A DNA stretch of 64,000 nucleotides from Eledone cirrhosa (taxonomy: Eukaryota), in contig OZ024745.1 in assembly GCA_964016885.1 (NCBI GenBank), positions 85,436,001-85,500,000 of the forward strand, given 5' to 3'. Within the stretch, counting starts at the first letter, position 1. Every line of letters starts with the position of its first letter. The notes beneath the pieces are model-generated. The model did not search any database, was not told the origin of the DNA, and saw only the letters and a program-made list of their open reading frames with translations. This document shows, one piece after another, positions 30,291-44,686 of this stretch. A program made the position numbers and the translations under genes.

Positions 30291-30792
30291 TACTTGTGTT
30301 GAGCTGGTCATTAATTTATGGTGGTCGTGCGTGGAGTAGAGCAATCGCTAGTTGAAATATTATGAACAAAACATTTTTATTTGCCGAAGAACATATTTTC
30401 AATACTGTTTGTGAATGTGACGAAGGAAATACATTCTGATATGGAATAGTGTACAAAGTGTGTCTGTGAATAACATAATGTTACCTCATGTTGTTGTCAA
30501 GACATAATGGATTTGTTTATCCAGTTAGAAAATGAAACCTAGCCATCTCGGATTAGTTATATTTCATGCCATGTGTAAACGTGTTTGAGGATAGCAAAAT
30601 ATGCGTGTTTCTTGTCTGGAAACTTTCTGCTAAACAAATTTGTTTCAGTATATATTTAATATAATATTAATATATTTTGTAATATTATTAACTAATTATT
30701 ATAATTAGCGCTTCAGGCTTTGTCTATATACTGAAACAAATTTGTAAGTCATTACCTAATTAAACTCTTTGCTTAAAATTTTATCATTCTTC

Positions 30793-30875
<83 letters not shown>

Positions 30876-31654
30876 TTTATTTAGTCCTTCGCTCAAGATT
30901 AATCTATAAGTTTAGATGTCTGCCTTCGTTTAAGTAAATATTACAGTAAGATTTTTAATATAAACAACTACAAAAAAACAATTAATATTAAAACGAAAAA
31001 ATTATCAATGATAAAAGAAGCGGATGCAACTTTCTTTTTATAAAGTTATATTCCTGTTTCTTTAAAGAACATTTCATTTTTGTTCTATTGTAGGCGAAAT
31101 AATGCAATGGTTTAATAGGGAAGATATAACTTACCAATTATGTCTCTAACCGTGTAACGATTTTTAAGTAGATAACTACAATTGAAAATACTAAAGAAAT
31201 GGAACCAACAATTCAATTTGAAAGTCGTCTACTTATAGTGACAGTGTATTACTGGTACTTTATTTTATCGATCCCGTAACGATGAAAGGCAAAAATGCAA
31301 ATGCTTAAAATTTAAATTGCCTTAATTCTATCGTCTGCTGTTTCATTAAAGGGAGATTCTCGTCTGTATTTAATTCTATCGTCTACTGTTCCACTAAACA
31401 GATATACCTCCACTATTGTCTCTATTTATACATTTTAACTTATAACTTATACACATTTGATTTGAAATATTTTATCTAGTCCCCCTCTCAATATTATGAT
31501 GATTTCTTTCGAATGAAACAGTTCTAGTCCTGTAGAAGCCATTTATATATATAATTGAACTGAGTTAAAAATTCACAATATTTATAATTAAATAAGCTCA
31601 TATATATATGTGTGTATTTATCTGTTTATTGTATTATATATAATGTGTGTATAT

Positions 31655-31692
31655 ACAGGATGTCCCCCAAAAATATATACACACTTCAACAG
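31655..31692 (+). mobile_element. Solo Tc1/mariner-like terminal inverted repeat
   Basis: TA|CAGGATGTCCCCCAAAAATATATACACACTT resembles mariner termini. No partner TIR was seen. Confidence 0.35.
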
Positions 31693-32565
31693 CATTCTAA
31701 TAACTATTGCCTGTACAGGTAATCAAAGTGTCAATCGAATGTTAGTTTCGTGTTTTAACAGTACAAATTTACAATACACACATAAAACCAGTGTATATAC
31801 ATACATGAGTGTGTATACACATACATGAATGTGTATATACAATATATATGTATATATATATAGACACATATATTCACGGTGCAACGGAACATTAAAATAT
31901 AGATGCGGGGGGTGTATATATAGGGGCGCTGGGGATAAAGGAGTGTACAGCGTAAGTGTGTAATTGATATATTGAAGGAGAGGAGCGTGCAGCGACAGAG
32001 TAACAAATATATAGAGAGGGGGAGAGATGGTATTGAAGGGGAGGAGTGCAAAGCGAAAGAGTAAGAGAGATATATATATAGACGGAACAGATAGAGAGAA
32101 ACAGGCGTAAGTAACAGTGGAAGAGATATAGAGAGAGGGGGTAATAAATAAATGGAAATATAAGTGTAACAGTATAAGAGATATATAGAGAGGGGGAAAT
32201 GTGTTATTGAAGGGGAGGAGTGTAAAGCGAAAGCGTAAGATATATATATAGAGAGAGGGGGAATAGTATATATATATATATCAACACTTACTCTGATTGG
32301 TTGAAAATTAGCCAATGACATGCGATCACCACCACCACGGCTATCCCCGGAAAATTTATGAAGAAGTTACCCATATATGTTAGAACACGAAAAGTGAACA
32401 TTCTGTTGTTTCACACTTTTCGTGTTCTAACAGATATATATTATATATATATATTATATATATATATATTATATATATATATTATATATATATATGTTAT
32501 ATATATATATTATATATATATTATATTTTATATATATTATATATATCTATATATTATATATATAT

Positions 32566-32601
<36 letters not shown>

Positions 32602-32785
32602 TTATATATATATATATATTGTATATATATATATATATATATAATATATAAAATATATATATATAAATAATATATATATATTTATATAATATATATATAT
32701 AATATATATATATGTATATATATATAATATATATAACATATAATATATATTATATATATATAATATATATATATATATAATATAT

Positions 32786-32830
<45 letters not shown>

Positions 32831-32891
32831 TATATATATATGTTATAGAATGCCGTTAGCTTCTTGCTAAAACAATCTCTATACCTCTCAT

Positions 32892-32958
<67 letters not shown>

Positions 32959-33573
32959 AGGTATAGGCTTGGCAACTTGTTGGTATAAGACGTGAATTGT
33001 CTTCTCTCCAGATTTGAAATTTTAATATTTTAAATCGACAGTAATCGGATTTATGTATGGCTTTAATTTTTCAAAGGACAAGGAAAACATACAAAAAAGA
33101 TAAGTTTTTGTGCTTTGACGCAATTATTTTGAAGTATATTTTACATATATTACCGTTTTAAACATGTTTATTTTCACTGTGTGATACCTTCATAGGAGAC
33201 AACACACACACGTGCTTTCTATTTTTCTTGACTACCATACAGAGCATACGTAATCTAATTTTAGTTTAACTTAAACAGATCTTGTATTATTTTGATTTTT
33301 CTGAGTAACATAATTTAATTTAATATAATCTTGTTTAATTTGGTATAATCTTATCTGTTTTTGACTCGGTTTTGTTGTTTCTTGTTTGATATGTTGATAT
33401 TACAATAACTTCGTATATTTGTAAACAAACATTTAGATTCAACTTATATACAATTTACATCGTGTTTCTATATCTCTATGATTCCGGTTTCTTCCATTCA
33501 TTAATTTAATTTAAAATTTATTTTTATATTTATGAACTGCTATTGCTCACGCTGTCTCTATCTCTCTCCTTCC

Positions 33574-33665
<92 letters not shown>

Positions 33666-33980
33666 TCTCTCTCTCTCTAGATCAACGAGCTCTCTCTCTC
33701 CCTCTCCCTCTCTCTAGATCAACGAGCTCTCTCTCTCTCTCTATCTCCTCTCTCTCCCTCTGACCTTCCCCCCCACTCTTCCCGCTATCTCTCTCGCTCC
33801 CTTCTTCTGTCTCTCTCCCCCTTTTCTTTTCTTTTCTTTTCTTCTGTTTCTCTTTCTTTTTCTCGCTGGAGTTATATTTATCTCACTGGAGTTATATCTC
33901 TATCTCCCTCCCTCCCTCTGTCCCTCTCTAACCTCTACCCTACACTTCCCACTGTCTCTCTTTCTCCCCTCCACAGCGAA

Positions 33981-34919
33981 ATGGACAGCATGCAGGAAAA
34001 AGGTGAAATCAGGAGTCAACGAAACTGGTCAAAGATGAAACTAGCGATTTTGATCAAGGGGTGGACCATGGCTGATGGGTCTCCACCAAGCAAAAAGATG
34101 GCGGAGAACTCGAAGAGCCATGGGTTTCTGAGGACCCTGGCACAGATAGAGAGAAAGAGAAAAGAAATTGAGAAGGCATTTGTCCTCATAGCGCCACATA
34201 TGGCGATGCTAAGCCGTGTCATCAGGGAGGAGAAAACCGAAGGGAGGGGTGAGGAGAAGGAGAGGGAAAAGGAAGAGGAAAAACAAAAGGAAAAGGAGGA
34301 GAGCACAAGCACGAGCCTGAAAGAAAATGATATACCCTCCGCCACAGGCAGGGAGGGCAACCAACAAGCTAAGGGCAAAGGTGAAAACTGAAATCACCTT
34401 CCGAAGGAGAACCAAGCGCAGAGGGACCAGTGGACAACTGTTCAAAGGAAGAACAGAAAGCACCGAGACACTGGGAGCAAAAAAACCCAAGTAATGTGCA
34501 AGTTTTTCAAGAACGGGACATGCTGGCATGGAGAGACAGGGATGGGATGCAGATTCGCCCACCCTAGGTCTCAAACGAACTATGCCCATCATACTCGCGC
34601 AACATGCCCCAGCCAAAGCCGAAATAAGCCGCTCCAGAAGTATGCTGACGTCGCGCGTGCCGTACCAACAAGGAGAAGGCACGCACATGCCGACGAGATA
34701 CAGATGGCAGCAGCAGATCAGAAAAATGTTTAAGTGATGGCAGAGAAGATTGTGGGACAGCTGACCTGGCTGCATCGTCTCCAGAGCCAGGGTCATCCAC
34801 ACCAGCACTCGAGACCACCGCAGTTAAGGAACCCAGAGTGGCCGCCGCTGACACCAGACCAGGTGTCATACCGACAGCCATTACTGGCACCCAAAAAGTC
34901 ACACCAGTGCTGCTGCTGA
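33981..34919 (+). pseudogene. LINE ORF1, frameshifted: charged coiled-coil-like region, CCCH-type finger, Pro/Gln-rich tail
   Basis: ORF pieces 33981-34391, 34494-34733 (CKFFKNGTCWHGETGMGCRFAHP) and 34734-34919. Confidence 0.7.
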
Positions 34920-37870
34920 ATGTCAGGGGCCTGGTGAAACTCAGCAACATGAGTAAAATTTCCTACCTGGGAGACTTAGCCATAAGCAATCAAGCACTAT
35001 GCATGGCACTAACCGAAACGCACCTGACAAGCAGTATAGTAGATGCAGAAATACATATACCGAAATATACTGTATTTCGTGCGGACAGGAAGGAGAGAAC
35101 TCATGGTAGGGTTGCTCTGTATATCTGTGAAGATGTCACACCAATTGTACTGTTGACACATTCAAACTCAGTCTGTGACACACTGATAATACATATGAAG
35201 CAACTACAGACAGTAATATGTGTCACATATCGGCCGCCCGATGCCCCCAGTCATGAGGGTAAATTTGAGATAGCCTAAGTAGGATAGAAGAGGTCCTTGA
35301 CAAACTGGACCAGGGTCTCAACATCCTACTGCTGGGAGACTTCAACCTACCAAAGGTCAAATGGCCTGAGGGCCAGCTCCTCCCTGGAATAACGTCAATA
35401 GAACAGAGACAGACGGAATCCCTGCTGGCCCTCACACACAGGCTGTTCATGGAGCAAGCAATACTCCTCCCAACAAGAGGCGAAAATGTCCTGGACCTCT
35501 GTTTTACAAACAACGAAGTGCTCATCCACAATGTAAAGGTGACACCAACAATTCTCTCGGATCATAACTTAGTAGAGCTAATGATATGTGGTCCAAGAGA
35601 ACCAACAGAGACAAAACCACCAAGAAGCTCTGGGACGCTATCCAACCTTAACTTCTACAAGGCTAACTGGAAAAAGATTAAGAGTGAAATCCGGAAGCAA
35701 ACATGGAGTGAAAATACCGCCATACAAGACACTAACACAATTTCAACACTTCATGACAACGATACACACCATATCCAAAAAGTGTGTCCCAGAGAAAGAG
35801 GCAAACAGACACAAAAATCTTATTCCCAGAGATAGGAAAATCCTTATGAGACGTAGAACTAAACTCTCAAACCAGTTGAATAGTCAACAAAACAAAAACA
35901 AGAAGGAATCCTATTTGAAACGTGCACTACTTGACACCGAGATTGCACTCAAACTTTCACATGAGATTGAGAGGGCAAAGAAAGAGAACAGGGCCATAGA
36001 AAACATTAAAACAAACCCTAAGGCCTTCTTTAAATTTGCAAAAGAAACTGCCTCAGTACACTGCAAGATTGGGCCACTCTTCCACACGGACGGTTCATTA
36101 ACCGAAAATCCCCAAGAGATATGTGAAATACTGAACGAACAGTACAAAAGTGTCTTCACATGTCCACTGAGGCACATGCAAATAACGAAGCCAGAGGAGT
36201 TCTTTGATGCCACAACACTACATGAAGAAATGGCAACCATCAACCACATAGACATAACGGAGGAGGATGTGGTGTATGCCATTGATGAAATTAGAACAGA
36301 CTCGGCTGCTGGACCTGATGGATTCCCAGCAGTTCTCCTAAAAATATGTAAGCGGGCCTTAGCAACTCCACTGAAGATGCTCTTCAGAAGCTCCTTGGCT
36401 AGCGGTGTACTACCCAGGGAGCTGAAAGAAGGCACAATATGCCCTATCCATAAAGGAGGTAGTAGAGCGGAGGCCAAGAACTATAGGCCAGTCTCCCTGA
36501 CGTCGCATATCAGTAAGGTCATGGAGCGAGTCGTCAGAAAGAAACTAATCACTTTCCTCGAAGAAAATGACCGCCTGACTAGCACGCAACATGGCTTCCG
36601 CCCAGGAAGAAGCTGCCTTACACAGCTGCTACATCACTACGACTGAGTACTGAGACAACTACTAGACAGCTCACATGTGGACGTGATATATCTTGACTTT
36701 GCGAAGGCCTTTGACAAGGTCGACCACGGAATGATATGTCACAAACTACACGGACTCGGCATAACTGGAAAAGTAGGTGAGTGGCTGCATAGCTTCCTAA
36801 GGGACAGAAGCCAGGCAGTCGCAGCAAATGGGGCCCTCTCGAGGGAAACACCGATAACAAGTGAGGTGCCCCAGGGGACAGTCCTGGCAACACTACTGTT
36901 TTTGGTGGCTCTCTCGGACATGCCCTCTGTGGTGCATGCAACAACATCCCTCACTAGCTATGCTGATGACACTAAGGTAGCACAGGCAATCAAAAACCCG
37001 GCTGACGCTGCCCTTTTACAGCAGGATCTGGATGCCATATACAGATGGGCGGAATAAAACAACATGCAGTTTAATGCTGGCAAATTCCAAGCCCTACAAT
37101 ACAAACCTGCAAACACAAATATAGTGGAACACAGCTACACAGGACCAGGAGGGACCGATATCCCCGTGTCAAAAGCGATACGAGACCTGGGCATAGACAT
37201 GAGCGATGATGCATCTTTTTCTTCACACATCATGAAAGTGGCGACAACATGCAGACGACTCGCTGGCTGGATCTTGAGGACTTTCCGGACAAGAGATCGA
37301 GACACCATGTTGACACTGTGGAGGACTTTTGTCCTATGCCGCCTGGACTACTGCTCCCAGTTGTGGTCACCCCATAGTGTCAAACTAACCACGGAGCTTG
37401 AGGCAATCCAGCGAAGCTACACCAAGAGGATTGCCAAGATGAGGGAGACAAGCTACTGGGAGAGGCTAAAGGAACTGAACCTCTACTCCTTGGAGCGAAG
37501 ACGGGAGAGATACTCAGTGATCTACATGTGGAAAATCCTGGAGGGACTAGCACCAAACTTTGGCATTGGGAGATGGACCAACCGTCGTACAGGACGTCAC
37601 TGTGTGGTGCCAAAGGTCCCGTCTTCCACATCTAGAATAAGGAGCAGGTATTGCAATAGCCTGGGATTCAAGGGCCCTCAACTCTTCAACAGGCTGCCGA
37701 GGCATCTGAGAGACTTGCATGACGTGGAGGTGGATGTCTTTAAGAAACATCTCGACACCTTGTTATCCAGGATCCCGGATGAGCCCACAGCAAGACACGA
37801 GGGAAACCTAAGGGCAGCAGCAACAAACTCTCTCCTACACCAGTGGCCAACCTATACAGGCTGGAGATAA
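34883..37870 (+). pseudogene. LINE ORF2, APE endonuclease + RT, with frameshifts and stops at 36644 and 37055
   Basis: Motifs LLNVRGL, LTETHL, YRPP, GDFN, LDLCF, SDHN, NYRPVSLTS, YLDFAKAFDKVDH, VPQGTVL, YADDTK and YSLERRRERY. Confidence 0.95.
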
Positions 37871-38258
37871 AATGTGTAGCAACAAGGGCGGTGCCCCAGC
37901 ATGGCCTCAGCCGGATGGCTGAAACAGGTAAAAGAGTAAAAGAGTAAAAGAGTATATAATATATATATATATAATATATATATATATATATAATATAGAT
38001 TTATAATATATATATATATATAATATATGTATATAAATATAATATATATATAATATATATATATAATATATATATATTATATATATATATATAATATATA
38101 TATATATTATATATATTGATATTTGATTATCTCTATACAAAGTCCATCTGTGTGTATTAACATGCATAAAAAAGGTTTATAGAGTTTATTTATGTGTTCA
38201 TATGTCTGTATATGTGCGTAGCGATGCTGGAAAACTCACGCAGATATTTTATACATAT

Positions 38259-41200
38259 CTATCTATCTAAGGCGGGTAAAATTCCCGAGATCCATGGACG
38301 AGTTCTCTCCAGCGGTCTCTGTCCCTCATTATCGCTGCCATATCCTGCATCTCCAACAGACCAGTGTCTGTCCTTAGGGCATCAACATATGTTAACCTTG
38401 GTCTTCCTCTTCTAGTGTGTCCATGTAGGGTCTCCCAAAGGAGCACTGAGTGCAATGTCAACTCTGGATGTCGGTGAGCATGTCCAGCCAACCTCAGTCT
38501 TCTCTATGTCACTTTTGAGCTGACATTTGGTATGCTCCCATACAGCTCTGAGTTTTTCATCCTCAGTGTATACTAATTAATGTTCAGAGCCATCCTCAGC
38601 ATTCTCGTGTAGCACCCATCCACCATCTGAGTGAGTCTCTTGGTCAGTGTCCAAGTCTCAGACTCGTACAGCAGCACAGACCCCACTACAGCAATGAAGA
38701 GGCGGATTTTCAGGTCTATACGAAGGTCCGACTTCCACACCGACCTCAAGCTGTGACACGCCGGCCAGGCCTTGCTCTTCCTCTCAACCACATCATCTTC
38801 CGTATTCCCAATCTTTGCTCCCAAATACAGGAAGTCCTCAACCAATTCCAGCGGCTTCCCGCCTACATTAGTGATCCCCTCTGGCTTCTCAACATTCTCT
38901 ACCAGATATTTTGTTTTAGTCTCATTCATTCTCAGCCCCACACTCATCGACACAGTCTCAACCTCCCGCATCAAATCCTCTGCCTCCTTCACTGTATTTG
39001 TCACCAAAACTATGTCGTCGGCAAATTCAACATCCGATACCTTTTCCGCCCCAACTCTCCTGCTCTGAGCCGGTGCTACAGTAAAGCCAGAGTCCTGGTG
39101 TTTCTCCAGTGCAAGGCGCATACAATAGTCCACTACGATGATAAAAAGGTAGGGAGCCAATGTATCTCCCTGGAGCACTCCAGCCAGTATCTCAAAGAAC
39201 TCTGTCATCCCATCAGGTGTAATGACTTGGGCTTTGGTGTTGGTGTAGAGCAGCGATATCAGGTCCACTATCCTCTTGGGGATTCCATAAGCCTGTAGGA
39301 TCTTCATCAGGCAGCAACGGTCCACAGAATCAAAGGCCCTCCTAAAGTCAATGAAAACCATGACCGCAGGAAGGCACTTTGCTCTAGCTCCCTCTAATAT
39401 CCTCCTCAGCATCAGGATGTCACTGGTGGTTGATCTACCCTCTCTGAAGCCGTTCTGGTTGTCCCTGAGCTTCTTCTCCATCTCAGGCTGGATCCTGTTA
39501 ACAATCATCCTGTTGAGGGTCTTTGCCACAAGTGACGTCAGTGAGATCCCCCGGTAGTTGTTGGTGTTAGAGAGATCTCCCTTCTTTGGCACTGGGACGA
39601 TGTTACTGATCCTCCACTGATTCGGGGCAACTCCTTTCTCCAGTGCCCCGTTACAAAACCCCAGGATGATATCATCAAAATCACACCTCCTCATCACCTC
39701 TGATGCCACTCCATCTTCTCCATGAGCCTTGCCCTCCTTGATCTTCTTCTTGGCTCTCTGAAGCTCCTCTCTGGTGAAGGGCTCTGTCTCAACATCCAGT
39801 TCCTCAAACAGCCGCCTGATCTCCCCAGTGCTCTGGGCTGTGGAGGGTGGCCCTCCTAGTAGGGTCCTAAAATGGTCTAGCCATTTCCTCTTCCTATCCT
39901 CGGGCCCGTTCCCTGGATCTGACTCGAACACCTTTTCTTCCTCCCTGTGATCTCGTTGATGATCATCCAGCTCTCCTTACATCCAGATCTGTCAACCGCT
40001 CTCTCCACACTTCTGATCTTCTCTATCAGTGCCTCCTCTCTGACCTCAGTGTAAGCTGTACAGAGCTTTTCCCTCATCACCTCCAAAGTCTCCATCCTCT
40101 CCTCCGTAGGATCAGCATAGAATTGGTCCCTGGCAGCTTTCAGGTGTTCTCTGGCTGCACACACTTTTGGGTTTGCAGAGCTGACGTGCTTCCCTTTGTT
40201 CTTTTTCCTCGGCACCAGGGTTTCACTTGCTTTCGCCACTGCATTGGTGAAGTGCCCGTACCTCCTCGTCACACTCTCCTCAGTCCATCCAATCTCTCTC
40301 TCCTCCGACTCTCCACACAGAGCACTAAACCTGTTTCTCACTTCCACTGTGAACCTCTCCTGTAGCTTATCATCTTCCTTGAAAGCACCCCAGTCATAGA
40401 TTGTTCTCTGGATCTGAGCCTTGCTCTTTCTTAAGCTCACGCGGACCTCACTCATAACAAACCGGTGGTCACTACCCAGTGTACTGAAATAGCTGTATGG
40501 TTCCGTGTTCAGAACACTATTCCGCCACTTTTTCCTCACCAGAATGAAATCAATCTGGGACTTGGACAGGTGCACATCTGAGATGTAGGTCCACATCTTC
40601 CCCAGATTCTTCCTAAACCCTAGGTTGGTCGCCATCAAGTTCGCCTCCAGCAGGGTGTCTCTCAGTAGTCTTCCATTTCGGTTGGTGTTGTTATGGGTTA
40701 AATAACTACCTTATTCGAGTGGCGCCGGTAAGTTATTGTCAGCCATTGAAAAGAAATATGGAGAGTCGATCTAACAGCACTAGGGTTAGAGCCCCTAATT
40801 ACACTGTCAAGGAGCAGCCTGGTCGTTATGTCTCTGCTGGCTTAGAGCCACAGAGAGGGCCATTGGATGATGGATCAGCTGTCTCTGAGACAAATATAAA
40901 GAATGCAGTTTTGTCCTGCAGAAGAGCCATCAAAATGGGCACTTTGAATGTGAGGACTATTCGAACGCTGGAGAAGAGAGAGGATTTGGGACATCTGTTC
41001 GAGGAGAGTGGTATACAGATACTTGCGATCCAAGAACACAGGATTCTACACGATGAGCCCGTGAGGAGTGTGATGATCGGGAGGAAGAGCCAGCTCATCA
41101 CTACATCGGCAGTGAAGAACACAACAAATGCTGCAGTGGGAGGAGTGGGTTTTGTGTTCAGTGCAAAAACCAATCTGTTGGTGAGGGAAATAATGCCTAT

Positions 41201-41451
41201 CTCCCCGCGAGTGTTGAGGGTGACCTTCAATGGAAACCCAAGACTGACAGTCATCTCAGCCTATAGTCCAACCGAGGGGGACAGTGATGTGAATGCCGGG
41301 GAGTTCCATGAGGAGGTGTGTAGGGCTGTCAACACCACTCAGGCACACAATATCCTGCCTGTTTTGGGGGACTTCAATGCACATCTGAGTAAGGAGGGCA
41401 GTGAAGATCCTTGCTGGTACTTCCATAACAACACCAACCGAAATGGAAGAC
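38259..41451 (-). mobile_element. Near full-length RTE-like LINE with a 5' inversion (40696-41451 on plus), (TAGA)n tail and 11-bp TSD
   Basis: RT on minus (NYRGISLTS, FIDFRRAFDSV, GVLQGDTLAP, FADD). APE N-terminal half on plus (GTLNVRT, IQEHR, SAYSPT, GDFNA). TTTATACATAT at 38248-38258 and 41452-41462. Confidence 0.95.
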
Positions 41452-41462
41452 TTTATACATAT

Positions 41463-42420
41463 ATATATATATATATGTATGGCTCTGTGTGTATATGTGT
41501 GGTACTGATATGCATAATATTAAATACATGAATATGTGAGGACATGAATATTAATCGTATATTTTATGTATATATACAGTGAAATTTTTACAACACAAGA
41601 AATTTTTATGACACAAGAAATTATAGAAGTGATCAGGTGAAGTCATTTGTATGTCTATATTATTGACTAGAGTTACACATAATTTTACTCTTTTTTCTTT
41701 TTTCAGAACGTACATATGCGTGTATATATATATGCATATATGTATCCGTATTTTTATAAATAGGGTAATTTTTTGAAGGTTTTAAATCAGATTTTGGTAT
41801 ATTGACATCAGAGTTTTAAACTAAACATATGGTCATTATAGAACAATGTTATTTTCTCATATTATATATCTATGTCTCATTCATGAATATTGATATTTGC
41901 ATTTTTATTATCCATTTCATATGAATTGATAATTCAACTTGATATGACATGACGTAGAGCTGTAACTATATCCCTCTCTCTATATATAGTACTTCCTCTC
42001 TCTTGAGTTTCTCTATATGTATGATGAATCATTATCTCTCTGTTGCTTTCGTTTGCCTCTCTTATTTCTTTCTTGTTTCTTTTTCACTTCCTCCTATCTA
42101 TTTATATTTTCTCTCTCTCCTTCTTTTCCTCTCCCCTCGCTCTCTCCGTTTTTTCTTTATCTCCGTTTTTTCTTTCTCTCCGTCTTTTTTATAACTGTGC
42201 TTAACACTATAACTAAATAATTATAAACAAATCACTATCCAGACAGCTTCCAAATATAATGGTCGCTTATAATAGGCTACGTCAAAATTATTTATAAAAC
42301 TGTTTATATATTGTATTTTATCTGACGAAGGCATGCCATATTTCTAATATGGTATCCCTGAAATATGTATAATGAAATAAATATGGTTTTATAAATATAG
42401 TTTCCATTTGTTTAATATCG
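41463..42420 (+). mobile_element. PLE 3' UTR/pLTR, continuing 38115-38247 and split by the RTE
   Basis: 38115-38250 plus 41463-41760 are colinear with 8310-8750. Terminal hammerhead present. Confidence 0.7.
42314..42379 (+). ncRNA. Type I hammerhead ribozyme
   Basis: tattttat-CTGACGA-agg-c-atgccatatt(tct)aatatggtat-c-cct-GAAA-tatgta-TA-atgaaata. Confidence 0.85.
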
Positions 42421-42438
42421 TATATTATATATATATAT

Positions 42439-42472
<34 letters not shown>

Positions 42473-42600
42473 ATATATATTATATATATATATTATATAT
42501 ATATATTATATATATATATATATTATATATATATATATATTATATACATTATATATATATATATTATATATATATATTATATATATATATATTATATATT

Positions 42601-42699
<99 letters not shown>

Positions 42700-42881
42700 A
42701 TATATTATATATATATATATATTTATATACTATATATATAAATATATTTTATATATATATATATATTATATATATATATATATGTATATTATATATATAT
42801 ATATATTATATATATATATTATATATATATATTATATATATTATATATATATATATTATATCTATATATATATATTATATA

Positions 42882-42916
<35 letters not shown>

Positions 42917-43077
42917 ATATATATGTGTATATATATATATATATTATATATATATATATTATATATATATATTATATATATATATACATGTTATATATAT
43001 ATGTATATATATATATTATCTCTCTCTCTATATATATATATTATATATATATATATTATATATATATATATATTATA

Positions 43078-43152
<75 letters not shown>

Positions 43153-43179
43153 GGATTTAAATGGATACAGTTCAGTAAC

Positions 43180-44406
43180 CCTCCACAGCCCAGAGCACTG
43201 GGGAGATCAGGCGGCTGTTTGAGGAACTGGATGTTGAGACAGAGCCCTTCACCAGAGAGGAGCTTCAGAGAGCCAAGAAGAAGATCAAGGAGGGCAAGGC
43301 TCATGGAGAAGATGGAGTGGCATCAGAGGTGATGATGAGGTGTGATTTTGATGATATCATCCTGGGGTTTTGTAACGGGGCACTGGAGAAAGGAGTTGCC
43401 CCGAATCAGTGGAGGATCAGTAACATCGTCCCAGTGCCAAAGAAGGGAGATCTCTCTAACACCAACAACTACCGGGGGATCTCACTGACGTCACTTGTGG
43501 CAAAGACCCCCAACAGGATGATTGTTAACAGGATCCAGCCTGAGATGGAGAAGAAGCTCAGGGACAACCAGAACGGCTTCAGAGAGGGTAGATCAACCAC
43601 CAGTGACATCCTGATGCTGAGGAGGATATTAGAGGGAGCTAGAGCAAAGTGCCTTCCTGCGGTCATGGTTTTCATTGACTTTAGGAAGGCCTTTGATTCT
43701 GTGGACCGTTACTGCCTGATGAAGATCTTACAGGCTTATGGAATCCCCAAGAGGATAGTGGACCTGATATCACTGCTCTACACCAACACCAAAGCCCAAG
43801 TCATTACACCTGATGGGATAACAGAGTTCTTTGAGATACTGGCTGGAGTGCTCCAGGGAGATACATTGGCTCCCTACCTTTTTATCATCGTAGTGGACTA
43901 TTGTATGCGCCTTGCACTGGAGAAACACCAGGACTCTGGCTTTACTGTAGCACCGGCTCAGAGCAGGAGAGTTGGGGCGAAAAAGGTATCGGATGCTGAA
44001 TTTGCCGACGACATAGTTTTGGTGACAAATACAGTGAAGGAGGCAGAGGATTTGATGCGGGAGGTTGAGACTGTGTCGATGAGTGTGGGGCTGAGAATGA
44101 ATGAGACTAAAACAAAATATCTGGTAGAGAATGTTGAGAAGCCAGAGGGGATCACTAATGTAGGCGGGAAGCCGCTGGAATTGGTTGAGGACTTCCTGTA
44201 TTTGGGAGCAAAGATTGGGAATACGGAGGATGATGTGGTTGAGAGGAAGTGCAAGGCCTGGGCGGCGTGCCACAGCTTGAGATCGGTGTGGAAGTCGGAC
44301 CTTCGTAGAGACCTGAAAGTCCGCCTCTTCATTGCTGTAGTGGAGTCTGTGCTGCTGTATGGGTCTGAGACTTGGACACTGACCAAGAAAGTCACTCAGA
44401 TGGTGA
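43180..44406 (+). mobile_element. Internal RT fragment of the same RTE family, truncated at both ends
   Basis: ORF 43317-44447 is nearly identical to 38573-39931. Confidence 0.93.
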
Positions 44407-44566
44407 ATATATATATATATAGTATTATCCGTAGTGTTGTAATATGAATATTATACACAGTAGATGGACAGCTCACGTAGAGTTTGCTCGACGGTTCCAG
44501 TTGTAGTTTCAAAAGTAATCCGGAAAATTAGAAGGATTTAAATGGATACAGTTCAGTAAAAGGAAT

Positions 44567-44686
44567 TTATTGACACGTGTTTCAATAACAGTTATATAAC
44601 CTGAAACAGCTGCTATCTACAAAGTATTAATTATGCAGACACTCAATATTTCAATGTTATTTTCAACTACCATTTCATCAGAATAA
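44567..44686 (-). ncRNA. Hammerhead, family E
   Basis: Reverse complement of 47309-47429. Confidence 0.8.

Larger units (their letters stand above)
33556..37952 (+). mobile_element. Near full-length CR1-group LINE: (CT)n-rich 5' region, ORF1, ORF2, (GTAAAAGA)n tail
   Basis: Two-ORF layout; ends GGCGGTGCCCCAGCATGGCC..CTGAAACAGGTAAAAGAGTAAAAGAGTAAAAGAG. Confidence 0.92.
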
